DNA of 64,000 bases from NCBI GenBank assembly GCA_017551725.1, contig JAFZKY010000037.1, positions 18,071 to 82,070 of the forward strand. The letters run 5' to 3'. Below are positions 1 through 11,382 of this stretch, piece after piece. This DNA comes from Bacteroidales bacterium (GTDB lineage: Bacteria; Bacteroidota; Bacteroidia; Bacteroidales; WCHB1-69). The number at the start of each line of letters is the position of its first letter. Position 1 is the stretch's first letter. Made by a program: the position numbers and the translations under genes. The notes below the pieces were generated by a model. It worked only from the letters and a program-made list of their open reading frames with translations, was not told where the DNA came from and made no database searches.

Positions 1-1
1 T

Positions 2-862
2 TTTATTCTTTTCGGGGAGATAGGGATCGACCGATCTGGGAAACTCGGAGCCGTGCAGGGGATCCTGTTTTCACCGGCACCAACCACCCGGTTGGGACTG
101 CTCTTCCGGCATTACGACCGGGATTTCAAGGCTCCGCTGGGCAACGCTTTCGGGGCGGCAAGCACCAACCAAGGCGAAAGCGGCATCTACCTCTCAATCC
201 AGCACATCTTCGGCCGTCGAATAACTTCGAACGCCTATTTCGACTACTATCACCTGACCACCCCCTCTTATCGCTGCGATGCCCCGACAGCGTGTTTGGC
301 ACTGGGCAGCACCACCACGTGCCAACTCACCCGCAACAGCCAATTTGCTCTCCGTTACACGTTTTTACAAAAATCCGAAAACGGACAGGCCGACCATTAT
401 CATTGCATTGTAGCGTATAATCGGCATAAACTTCGGCTGCTTTGGACCAACTCGCCCCATCCCATCCTTCAGCTTAAAACGGGCGTTGAGGGCATTTTAA
501 ATCATTATCCAAAAGAGAAAAATCTGTATAAGGGCATACTGCTGTTCCAAGATGTTGCGGTAACCTTGGAGAAGCCCGACCTCAGCATCCGAGCGCGGTT
601 CGCCTTCTTTGACACCGACCGTTACGACGAAAGGCTATATGCCTATGAAGATGATGTTTACTATGCTTTTACCGTCGGAAGCTATTATTACAAAGGGATT
701 AGAGGATATGTTGTGCTACGTTACAAATATAAATGGCTAAGCGTTTGGCTTCGCGTATCGCGAACCGAATATCTGGACCGTAAGGTCATCAGTAGTGGCA
801 TGAATCAGATTGACAAGCCGCACAAATCCGAAGTGAAGGCTCAACTTATGTTCAGTCTGTAA
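2..862 (+). CDS. Hypothetical protein, C-terminal part (5' end lies outside the window); possibly an outer-membrane beta-barrel-like domain
   Basis: The frame is open from the window edge to TAA at 860-862 (ORF track 53..862 begins at an internal GTG). The sequence is rich in aromatic/alternating residues and ends in ...QLMFSL. No catalytic motif recognised. Confidence 0.4.
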   Translation, partial: FILFGEIGIDRSGKLGAVQGILFSPAPTTRLGLLFRHYDRDFKAPLGNAFGAASTNQGESGIYLSIQHIFGRRITSNAYFDYYHLTTPSYRCDAPTACLALGSTTTCQLTRNSQFALRYTFLQKSENGQADHYHCIVAYNRHKLRLLWTNSPHPILQLKTGVEGILNHYPKEKNLYKGILLFQDVAVTLEKPDLSIRARFAFFDTDRYDERLYAYEDDVYYAFTVGSYYYKGIRGYVVLRYKYKWLSVWLRVSRTEYLDRKVISSGMNQIDKPHKSEVKAQLMFSL

Positions 863-1777
863 CAGATTCTTCATTCATCCTGTCACAAAGGAACTTTATT
901 TTCAACAAGTCCAGCGAAAAAAGAGATGATTTCTTCAGAACTGAATGTCGTAACGGTTTTTCAGTGACATTCAATAAGTTGTGTACCAATGCAAGCAGAT
1001 GATAGTGTTTGCATTTGGCATAGGTTCGCATCAGTCGGCTGTTTTGGATGAAGCTGTCCGGCAGTTTGTGACTCCGGTAAAGGTGCACCAGATTGTTGAT
1101 TGACGTTTCCACCTTCTTCAGAAAGACATCGTTCGCATCGATGCCGTCGTGATAGAGCTCATTGTCAACATGTTCCAGCGGAATATTGGCCAATTGCAAT
1201 TGGATGCCGAAGAGTGTGTCCTCAAAACCATACGAGGAGATGGACTCATCGAATCGGCAAATCTGGAACAGATTCTTGGTTGTGAGCATGTTAAACGGTG
1301 TAAAGGCGGCGTAAGGTTTCATGTTGCGGCGGGCAGCGGTGCGCACCTCACGGCGCACGCCATATTTCCACCGCAAACGATGGTCGTCTTCCGGCACCTG
1401 TTCGCGGTAGGCCAGTCCGCCCGACACCACGAACGGTTTGCTCTCCGCCGAACGGCTGCGGATGCACTGCAGATAGTGGGAGATGTAGTCCGGTTTCTTC
1501 ACATTCGCATCGCAATCCATGAAGAGCAGATAGGGATAGCGTGCGGTGTCGGCCAGATGATTGCGGACCTTGGAGCGGCCGTGATTCTCCTCGTTAGTCA
1601 TCAACGTGACTTCCGGCTCGTGGGCAACATCCTCATAGAAGCGATGATATGCGGCGTCAGAGGCATCATCCTCCACCAGCACCTCGAACGTAAGGCCCAG
1701 CTGGCGGCATTGGCGCAGCAGGTCGCGCACCAGATGACGCAAGTCCACGTTATAGGCCGGAATCAGGATGGAGAGCA

Positions 1778-1778
<1 letters not shown>
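852..1778 (-). CDS. Glycosyltransferase family 2
   Basis: N-terminus [11 protein letters not shown]...VEDDASD...FMDCD is the typical GT2 fold signature. The ATG overlaps the ftsE stop (ATGA at 1776-1780). Confidence 0.8.
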
Positions 1779-4547
<2,769 letters not shown>

Positions 4548-4574
4548 TCACTTTTATTAATTCTATAAAACGAG

Positions 4575-4582
4575 CAAAGATA
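4575..4582 (-). promoter_or_regulatory. Bacteroidota -7 box (TATCTTTG on the minus strand) upstream of gyrB
   Basis: The plus strand reads CAAAGATA, which is TAnnTTTG on the coding strand, about 28 nt upstream of the gyrB ATG. Confidence 0.5.
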
Positions 4583-4687
4583 CGAAAAAAATTGGTTTTT
4601 CCGTATCTTTACCAGTATAAAAAATGCTGTCTTAAAACTTGTCCGGACAAGTGTCCAAACGGGAGTGTGGACAAGGCTTTTGCGGGC

Positions 4688-5476
4688 TTATGCGTGCATT
4701 CTGCGATCCATTTCCTGGGCCAGGTAGGAGGCCACGTCATCGGCGTAGGTGTTCATGCCGAAGCCGGCGTCGAAGCCAAGCTCCTGGGCCAACTCGTGCG
4801 TGATACGCGGGCCGCCGGCGCAGACGATGAGCTTGTCGCGCAGGCCTTCCGCCTCTAACATCTCGATGAGCTCAGTCATGTTTTTGATGTGGACATCCTT
4901 CTGCGTCACGGTCTGCGATACCAGGAGGGCATCGGCGTGCATCTCGACAGCCTTGGCGATGAACTCTTCGTTGGGTACCTGGCTGCCCATGTTCAGGGCC
5001 TCGAACATGTCGTAACGCTCAATGCCATAGTGGCCGGCGTAACCTTTCATGTTCATGATGGCGTCAATGCCCACTGTATGGGCATCCGTGCCGGTGCTGG
5101 CACCTACTACAATGATCTTCCGCCCGATATGCTCGCGGATGAACTGGTCGGTTTCCTGCATGGACCAGACCGTGGACTCAACCTTGGGCACATGGATGGT
5201 GGTGTAATCCACCGTGTGCGTGCAGGAACCGTAGCAGTTCACGAAAGTGAAACCGTTGGTGAGTTCCTTGTAATAGACCACCTGGGGATTGTCGAAGCCC
5301 AGTTTCTTAAGCAACTGCTTGGCTGCCTCCACCGCCTCGTCGCCGCAGGGCACCGGCAGCGTGAAGCTCAGCTGCGTCTTGCCATCGTTCATCGTGTCGC
5401 CGTAAGGCCTAACCCGGGTTAAATCTAACGTCTGATCAAAATCCTTTTGATCCATCGAATACAAACCGCCACTCAT
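4688..5476 (-). CDS. kamE: Lysine 5,6-aminomutase beta subunit (B12-binding subunit)
   Basis: 262 aa. RPYGDTMNDGKTQLSFTLPV is followed by a Rossmann-like B12-binding domain (VVGASTGTDAHTVG). Matches my memory of KamE/OraE-type small subunits. Confidence 0.8.
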   Translation of the reverse strand: MSGGLYSMDQKDFDQTLDLTRVRPYGDTMNDGKTQLSFTLPVPCGDEAVEAAKQLLKKLGFDNPQVVYYKELTNGFTFVNCYGSCTHTVDYTTIHVPKVESTVWSMQETDQFIREHIGRKIIVVGASTGTDAHTVGIDAIMNMKGYAGHYGIERYDMFEALNMGSQVPNEEFIAKAVEMHADALLVSQTVTQKDVHIKNMTELIEMLEAEGLRDKLIVCAGGPRITHELAQELGFDAGFGMNTYADDVASYLAQEMDRRMHA

Positions 5477-5536
5477 TGCTTTGTTATTTAGAGGATGATT
5501 GTTTTATATTTTTTTCAGATTCAGTTTTAAAATCGG

Positions 5537-5544
5537 CAAAAATA
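5537..5544 (-). promoter_or_regulatory. Candidate -7 box (TATTTTTG) upstream of kamE
   Basis: CAAAAATA on the plus strand, about 60 nt upstream of the kamE ATG at 5476. Confidence 0.4.
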
Positions 5545-5578
5545 CGAAATATTCTTATATGTGTAAAAAAATGACGCC

Positions 5579-6130
5579 TTACGCATTCGCCGTGCCCACG
5601 AAATAATCCTCTTTGTTCTCGAAGAGCACGTTGAAAGAGGTCATGCTGCCGTAGATGCGGGAGATGTACTGCTGCAGGTTGACTTTTTCCTCGTCGGACA
5701 GCGAGCTGCTGCTGTTGATGTTCTGCTCGAGCACACGCAGACGGTCGCGCATCATCACGATTTTGTGGAAGAAGGTCTCGATGGGCATGTCCTTGGGCTT
5801 GAGCTCCTTGTTGGCAGGCTGGAGCGTCATGGTGCCGCCCTGCCACTTCTTGCCGAGTTCCACCTTGTGCTCGATGCCGTTGTACTTGGTGAGGAGATGA
5901 GTAAGCACCCGCTCAAATTCCTTGAGGTTGAGCTTGGGCTGGTTGTCGTCAGCCGCTTCCACAGATTCGATGACATCCAACTGTACGCTCATCTTTGAGA
6001 ATTCCACCTCGCCACCCCGCACAAAGATGACCTTGTACGTCAATGCACCGTTCATGCTGATAATGCCTTCACCGTATTTCTCGTGGGCGACGCGAGTTCC
6101 TACCGGGAGATTGTCTTTATCCATAATCAA
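5579..6130 (-). CDS. Hypothetical protein with an N-terminal Tudor/SH3-like motif
   Basis: 183-aa ORF packed 6 nt after the upstream gene. The N-terminus GTRVAHEKYGEGIISMNG..YKVIFVRGGEVEFS resembles the small beta-barrel at the C-terminus of UvrD/PcrA (DUF3553-like). The rest looks helical. Confidence 0.55.
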   Translation of the reverse strand: MIMDKDNLPVGTRVAHEKYGEGIISMNGALTYKVIFVRGGEVEFSKMSVQLDVIESVEAADDNQPKLNLKEFERVLTHLLTKYNGIEHKVELGKKWQGGTMTLQPANKELKPKDMPIETFFHKIVMMRDRLRVLEQNINSSSSLSDEEKVNLQQYISRIYGSMTSFNVLFENKEDYFVGTANA

Positions 6131-6136
6131 TTGATG

Positions 6137-7339
6137 TTATTTCTGTTCTTGTTTTTCTTTTTCTTTTTGTTTCTCTTCTTCTTTCTTTTCAGTTTGTTTC
6201 ACCGCCTCATCCAAGGTGATGCGTTGGCCTGTGGCCACATCAATGAGGATGTATTTGGTGCTGCCCATGCCCAGTTTCTCGGCATATTTCAATTGCTCAA
6301 TGCCGCTCACGTGGTTCACTTTCTCAAACACATGTTCGCAGCCGTATGCTTTGGAAGTCAGGTCCTGGCAGGCCTGGTCGATGGCCACAATGTCGGTGGA
6401 GGCCACCGCGCCGATGTCGCGCATGAAAGGCTTGGGAGCCTTGGCGGAACAGTCGCAGGTGGTGGAGATGTTGGCCATCACGTTGATGAAGACCATCGGA
6501 CGACGGTCGGCCAGCACCTTGGTGTACTCCACAAGCTTGTCGAGGAAGCGTGTTTCGTCGTAGCCGCTGTTGTCGGGCGAGAAGAGCTTGAGGGGACACT
6601 CCGCGATGCACTTGGCACAACCGATGCACTTGGTGGTGTCGATGACGGGTCCATGGTTATCCACGGAGATGGCCACGGCCGGGCACTGGCTGGCGCAACG
6701 GTTGCACTGGAAGCACTTCTCGGGCGTGTTCACCTTGGGGTAGTTGTTGGCGTGGATGGCCATCTTGCCGCCCGGGGAAGCCATGCCCATACCCACATTC
6801 TTGATGGCCCCGCCGAAACCGGAGGATCCATGCCCTTTGAAATGGGAGTAGATGATGTAGAAATCGTAGTTCTCGAAATGATCACCGGTGCGCACCGTTT
6901 TGCAGAATTGGAAATTCGTGTCACCAGGATAGATGGTCTCTCCGTTCGCATCCAGAATGTCGATGGGAGCAAAGGTAAAGCCGTGTTCTTCCGCCAACGC
7001 AATGTGAGATTTTGTGAAACGGCGGTCGCTGACATACAACACGTTGGTTTCCACAAAGGTGGGGTGAACCTTGTCCACCAGCGGGTGTAACAGTTCCGGA
7101 TTGAGGAAATTCTGGTTGCCGCGCTCTCCGAAATGCACCTTCAGACCAACATTTTTATAAGCATTAATGTCCACTCCAAGAGCATCATAGAGCTTCAGTA
7201 TGTTTTCCGGGGTAATTTCGCTACAAAAATAAACTATAGTTTCCTTTTCGGGAACTATCTCCATCGTCGGGCGCTTGTGCTGGGCCATCAGGCTGCTCAC
7301 CAACAGGAGCAAACCCATGACCAAAAACGTCTTTTTCAT
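6137..7339 (-). CDS. DUF362-family protein with a 2x[4Fe-4S] ferredoxin insert
   Basis: 400 aa. Two CxxCxxCxxxCP motifs (CFQCNRCASQCP, CIGCAKCIAECP). Hydrophobic N-terminus MKKTFLVMGLLLLVSSLMAQ. Lys/Glu-rich C-terminal tail. Confidence 0.75.
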   Translation of the reverse strand: MKKTFLVMGLLLLVSSLMAQHKRPTMEIVPEKETIVYFCSEITPENILKLYDALGVDINAYKNVGLKVHFGERGNQNFLNPELLHPLVDKVHPTFVETNVLYVSDRRFTKSHIALAEEHGFTFAPIDILDANGETIYPGDTNFQFCKTVRTGDHFENYDFYIIYSHFKGHGSSGFGGAIKNVGMGMASPGGKMAIHANNYPKVNTPEKCFQCNRCASQCPAVAISVDNHGPVIDTTKCIGCAKCIAECPLKLFSPDNSGYDETRFLDKLVEYTKVLADRRPMVFINVMANISTTCDCSAKAPKPFMRDIGAVASTDIVAIDQACQDLTSKAYGCEHVFEKVNHVSGIEQLKYAEKLGMGSTKYILIDVATGQRITLDEAVKQTEKKEEEKQKEKEKQEQK

Positions 7340-7362
7340 CTAAAAACTTTTAATTATTAACT

Positions 7363-8920
7363 CTATTTTCTGTTCTTCATCAACTCTATAAAGGGATTGA
7401 AATAATTCTCGCCCTTGGTGACCACGCCGGCAAGACCCTTGCCACCGTTCATCGGACGCTTCACGTCGCCGAAGATACCCTTCTCCAATGCGGAGAACAA
7501 GCCTTCTTCCACAATCTGCTGCAGCAGCTCGATGGCATTGTTGAGTACCGTTTTGGCGCGTTCGCGGCAGATACCTCCCTCACGAAATTCCATCTCCTCG
7601 CCAATGCTCCGCATGTCGTTGAAGATGTATCGGGCGTTCTCGATGGAGAGGTAGCGGTCGCTCATGAACGGAGTGTGGATGGCCTCGGTGGGCATACCGA
7701 GCAGTTGGATGCCCTGGTGGGTCCAGATGCCGATCATGTTGAACAGGGCGTCCTGGATATGGCCGCGGAAGATGTTTCCGGTCATGAATTTCGTGGGCGG
7801 CATGTATTTGAGCGTAGCTTTCGGGAATATCTCGCGGGTCATCTGCGCCTGTGCAAGTTCGAGTAGGAAGCCGTTTTCGAGCATCGGGTCCATCTCAAAG
7901 GCGTGACCGAGGCCCATCTGCTCTTCGGGCAGGGCGGCCAAAAGGGCCAGCTGCTCGTTGATGAGGTCGGAGGCGAGCACCGTGTGGGCGGCCTCCACGG
8001 CATCGGCGGTGGTCAGGTAGTTGTCCTCGCCAGTGTTGATGATGACGCCGGCATAGCCGTTGATGACGCGGGAGAAGTACTGGTCGATGAGGGTGCGCTG
8101 CGGGTTGATGTCGCGGAAGAGGATGCCGTAAAGGGCGTCGTTGAGCATTACATCGAGGCGTTCGAGGGCGCCCATGGCGGCGATTTCAGGCATACAGAGG
8201 CCGGAGCAGTAGTTGCATAGGCGGATGTAGCGACCCACCTCTTCGCCCACCTCATCGAGGGCCTTGCGCATGATTCGGAAGTTCTCCTGCGTGGCGAACG
8301 TGCCGCCGAAGCCCTCGGTGGTCGCGCCGTAGGGCACGTAGTCGAGGAGGCTCTGGCCCGTGGTACGGATCACAGCGATGATGTCGGCACCCTGGCGCGC
8401 GCCGGCCTGCGCCTGCACCACGTCCTCGTAGATGTTGCCAGTAGCCACGATGATGTAGAGGTACGGCTTCGGGCCCATCGCCGATGGTATTCAAATACTC
8501 GTTACGCTTGGCCACATTGCCTTTGATGCGGGTTAGGCAGGCTTCCACAAAAGGATAAACGGCCGCCTGTATCTTGTCTATTGTGTTCAGCTTCAAGGTG
8601 GTGATGTCCCAGTTCTCAGCAGCAATCTTCTCGGCAATCTCCTGCGGACCCATGCCCGTTTCCAGAATGGCATTGCCGATGAAGTAGAGTACACCCTGGT
8701 TCAACACGCCCTTCTCCAGGATAGAGTCCACCACACGGTTGGGAAGGGGCACGCCGTTTTCGTCCACGCCGTCAATGCCGATCAAGCGGCACAAGGTGCG
8801 CTCCACCGTGACGGTGGTGTAGGCATCCACAAATTCCTGAACCTGGTTGGCAATGTTCTTTGCTAATTGTTTGGCCGCATCTACTTGTGCGAAATCCAAT
8901 CCGAGTTTACTTTTTCTCAT
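7363..8920 (-). pseudogene. kamD: Lysine 5,6-aminomutase alpha subunit, interrupted by a +1 frameshift near 8470
   Basis: ORF 8252..8920 gives a KamD-like N-terminus (LDF..V...TTVTVERTLCRLIGIDGVD) up to ...NTIGDGP. ORF 7363..8478 continues in another frame as KPYLYIIVATGNIYEDV... The junction lies in the run GGGCCCG at about 8468-8476. Confidence 0.8.
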
Positions 8921-8925
8921 ATAAT

Positions 8926-8975
8926 GGGTTTGTAGGGTTTGTAATGTTTATAATGTTCGTAAGGTTTGTAAGGTT
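8926..8975. repeat. 9-nt-period degenerate tandem repeat (GGGTTTGTA-like, about 5.5 copies)
   Basis: Reads GGGTTTGTA GGGTTTGTA ATGTTTATA ATGTTCGTA AGGTTTGTA AGGTT, directly upstream of the kamD start (8920). Confidence 0.8.
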
Positions 8976-9038
8976 AAAGTGGGAAGGTATAAAAGTTATA
9001 AAGTAAAAAGGTTCATAGTCATTGTTCAAAGTTCACCG

Positions 9039-9782
9039 TCATTGTTCAAAGATCTTAAAGTGCGCGAGGTGCCATTTCTGAAGCCGGTATTGCAGGGCGG
9101 TCCAGAGCACACCCCAGCCATACTTGGAGCTGCGGCGGAAGTTGATGGAAGAGGCCTCCGGGAAATATTTCGTGGGACAGGTAATCTCGGCAATCTCATA
9201 GCCGGCGTAGAAAATCTGCGCCAGCATCTGGTTGTCGAAGACGAAGTCGTCGGAATTGTCCATGAAGTGGATTTTCTTCAGGACCTCTGCGGAAAAGGCG
9301 CGGTAACCCGTGTGGTATTCGGAGAGTTTCTCGTTCATCAGTACATTCTGGATAAACGTCAGGCAGCGGTTGAAGATGTACTTGTACAGAGGCATTCCTC
9401 CTCGCAGGGCACCTTTCCCGAGGATACGAGAACCCAGTACTACGGGATACAGCTCATTGACAATGACATACGACATTGACTCAATCAGCTTCGGGGTGTA
9501 CTGGTAGTCGGGATGCAACATGATGACCACATCGGCACCGAGTTCGAGGGCTTTGGAATAACAGGACTTCTGGTTGCCGCCATAGCCCTTGTTGACGTCA
9601 TGGCGGATGATATGGTGGATGCCGAGGGCCTGCCCAACTTCCACGGTGGCGTCTTGTGAACAATCGTCCACGAGGATCACCTCATCCACAATGTCGAATG
9701 GGATCTCCTCGTATGTCTGCCGCAACGTTGATTCCGCGTTATAGGCGGGCAAAACCACACATATTTTCTTGTTTTTCAGCAT
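9039..9782 (-). CDS. Glycosyltransferase family 2 (polyprenyl-phosphate sugar transferase-like)
   Basis: MLKNKKICVVLPAYNAE...VDDCSQD...MLHPDYQY. The start was chosen at ATG 9782 (the ORF track extends to 9917). Confidence 0.8.
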   Translation of the reverse strand: MLKNKKICVVLPAYNAESTLRQTYEEIPFDIVDEVILVDDCSQDATVEVGQALGIHHIIRHDVNKGYGGNQKSCYSKALELGADVVIMLHPDYQYTPKLIESMSYVIVNELYPVVLGSRILGKGALRGGMPLYKYIFNRCLTFIQNVLMNEKLSEYHTGYRAFSAEVLKKIHFMDNSDDFVFDNQMLAQIFYAGYEIAEITCPTKYFPEASSINFRRSSKYGWGVLWTALQYRLQKWHLAHFKIFEQ

Positions 9783-9811
9783 ACCTTTTCGTAAAATCCT
9801 AAAAAAACGTG

Positions 9812-9819
9812 CAAAGATA
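9812..9819 (-). promoter_or_regulatory. -7 box (TATCTTTG) upstream of the GT2 gene
   Basis: CAAAGATA on the plus strand, 30 nt upstream of ATG 9782, in the same GTGCAAAGATAC context as the gyrB box. Confidence 0.45.
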
Positions 9820-10000
9820 CAAAAAAAGACGACACCCAACGTATGTTGGGTTCTTAAAGATTGGCTGTTTTGCAAGATTACATATCTCTGCACTGCCGTA
9901 GGCGTCCTGGCAAACAAAAAGGCCTATGCTTCGCAAGGCTCCTAATTGTTTACCGTCTGTCTTGCGTCTGCAAGCAGACGACGACTTCCGATAAACAATT

Positions 10001-10024
10001 AAGGCAACGTTTTCACGTTGCCTT
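10001..10024 (-). terminator. Hairpin downstream of tRNA-Ser
   Basis: AAGGCAACG / CGTTGCCTT forms a 9-bp stem with a 6-nt loop, flanked by T/A runs, 10 nt after the tRNA 3' end. Confidence 0.5.
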
Positions 10025-10033
10025 TTTAGTTTG

Positions 10034-10120
10034 CGGAGAGGGCGAGATTCGAACTCGCGGATAGGTTTCCCCATCGACAGTTTAGCAAACTGTTGGTTTC
10101 AGCCACTCACCCACCTCTCC
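10034..10120 (-). tRNA. tRNA-Ser (anticodon GCU)
   Basis: Hand-folded cloverleaf. Acceptor GGAGAGG/CCTCTCC; anticodon arm ACAGT-TTGCTAA-ACTGT; long variable arm GATGGG-GAAA-CCTATC; T arm GCGAG-TTCGAAT-CTCGC. CCA is not encoded. Confidence 0.9.
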
Positions 10121-10144
10121 GGGTTTCGTTTTTGAAATCGGCGG

Positions 10145-10152
10145 CAAAAATA
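10145..10152 (-). promoter_or_regulatory. -7 box (TATTTTTG) upstream of tRNA-Ser
   Basis: CAAAAATA on the plus strand, 25 nt upstream of the mature tRNA 5' end. Confidence 0.45.
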
Positions 10153-10211
10153 CACTTTTTTTCAAATCACCGCCATACAAAATGTCATTTTTTATTTCCG
10201 AAGACCACAGA

Positions 10212-11375
10212 CTACCGCTCCCGGCGGATGAACATGGTGTGCGGATCGACCTTGGCGTTGTCGTCCAGGTTCTTACGACTCACGCTCAACAGCAGTCCCA
10301 TCGCACATCCCGACACAAAAAGGGAGGCACCGCCGCTGCTGATGAAGGGCAGCGTCTGCCCTGTGGCCGGCAGCAATTCGCAATTCACCCCGATGTGGAC
10401 CAGCGCCTGGCACGTAAACCAGAACCCCAACCCAAAGGAGAGCAGCGCCCCCAGCGCGTTTTTCGACTCCCTCGAAATCTTCCACGAACGGTAAAAAATC
10501 ATCATGTATATGGCAATCACCAGAATACCCACCAACAAGCCCGTCTCCTCAAAAAGCGATGCGTATGCATAGTCGGTGTCGTTTTCCGGCAAACGGTTCT
10601 TTATCACCCCCTTGCCCGGGCCTGCGGGACTAAGCCCCGAACGCGCAATCGCCGTCCGCGCAAGGATCATCTGGTCGCCGTAGCCGTTGTCGTTCTCCTT
10701 GGTGAAATAGTATTCCAACCGGTTGACGAACGTGCCCATACGCCCGATCTTGGAGGAGCCGTCCTCCGCCCCATGCCATACCACCAGTGCAAGCAATCCC
10801 ACCACAACCACCACCAACGCCATCACGGCAGCCAAGCGGCTCTTCTTGAAATTGCCCGTGAAGAAAATCACCATCCCCGTGGCAAACAGAATGATGGCAG
10901 TGGACATGTTCAACGCGGCAATACCCACACAAAAAACAAGCAAGTATATTATGCACGTATTCATCTGCTTGCTGGTCAGTTCTATCTGCCCGCTGTTATA
11001 ACGACGACCGATATAGTTGGTCAGGAATATGATGACCAGCAACCCGATCAGATAAAAGGTCTGCACGTCGTGTCCGAACAAGGTCACGCCACGCACCGCC
11101 TTCGAGAGTATTGTTACAACAAGCAGAAAAATAGCCACCAACAACCCGAAGAAAGCGAAGTTGGAGACCACCTTACGGTAATCCAGGATATAGAAAATGA
11201 AGAGACCCGCATAGCAAACCGCCACGTGCATCAGATGATGGAGTACCTTGGTGCCGCCCGTGCTGTACACCATGATAATGGATATCACAGAGAGCAATCC
11301 GACCAAGATCAGGATGGTCAGATCGCCTTTGAAGCGGAATTTCGCCTTGCTGATATCTTGATTCACTGTATCCAT
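10212..11375 (-). CDS. ftsW: FtsW/RodA/SpoVE-family peptidoglycan glycosyltransferase
   Basis: 387-aa polytopic membrane protein in dcw context. The C-terminal motif region LLPATGQTLPFISSGGAS is typical of SEDS proteins. Confidence 0.85.
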   Translation of the reverse strand: MDTVNQDISKAKFRFKGDLTILILVGLLSVISIIMVYSTGGTKVLHHLMHVAVCYAGLFIFYILDYRKVVSNFAFFGLLVAIFLLVVTILSKAVRGVTLFGHDVQTFYLIGLLVIIFLTNYIGRRYNSGQIELTSKQMNTCIIYLLVFCVGIAALNMSTAIILFATGMVIFFTGNFKKSRLAAVMALVVVVVGLLALVVWHGAEDGSSKIGRMGTFVNRLEYYFTKENDNGYGDQMILARTAIARSGLSPAGPGKGVIKNRLPENDTDYAYASLFEETGLLVGILVIAIYMMIFYRSWKISRESKNALGALLSFGLGFWFTCQALVHIGVNCELLPATGQTLPFISSGGASLFVSGCAMGLLLSVSRKNLDDNAKVDPHTMFIRRER

Positions 11376-11382
11376 TTTAAAA

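Noticed and set aside
6083-7090. A 335-aa plus-strand ORF beginning with a poly-Phe/Leu tract.
   Set aside because: It is antisense to the DUF362 gene. The poly-F/L stretch is merely the complement of the Lys/Glu-rich tail codons.
8921-9038. A possible cobalamin riboswitch upstream of the B12-dependent aminomutase gene kamD.
   Set aside because: The region is only about 118 nt, it is mostly simple repeats, and I find no B12-box-like GCCACTG-type core or multi-stem architecture.
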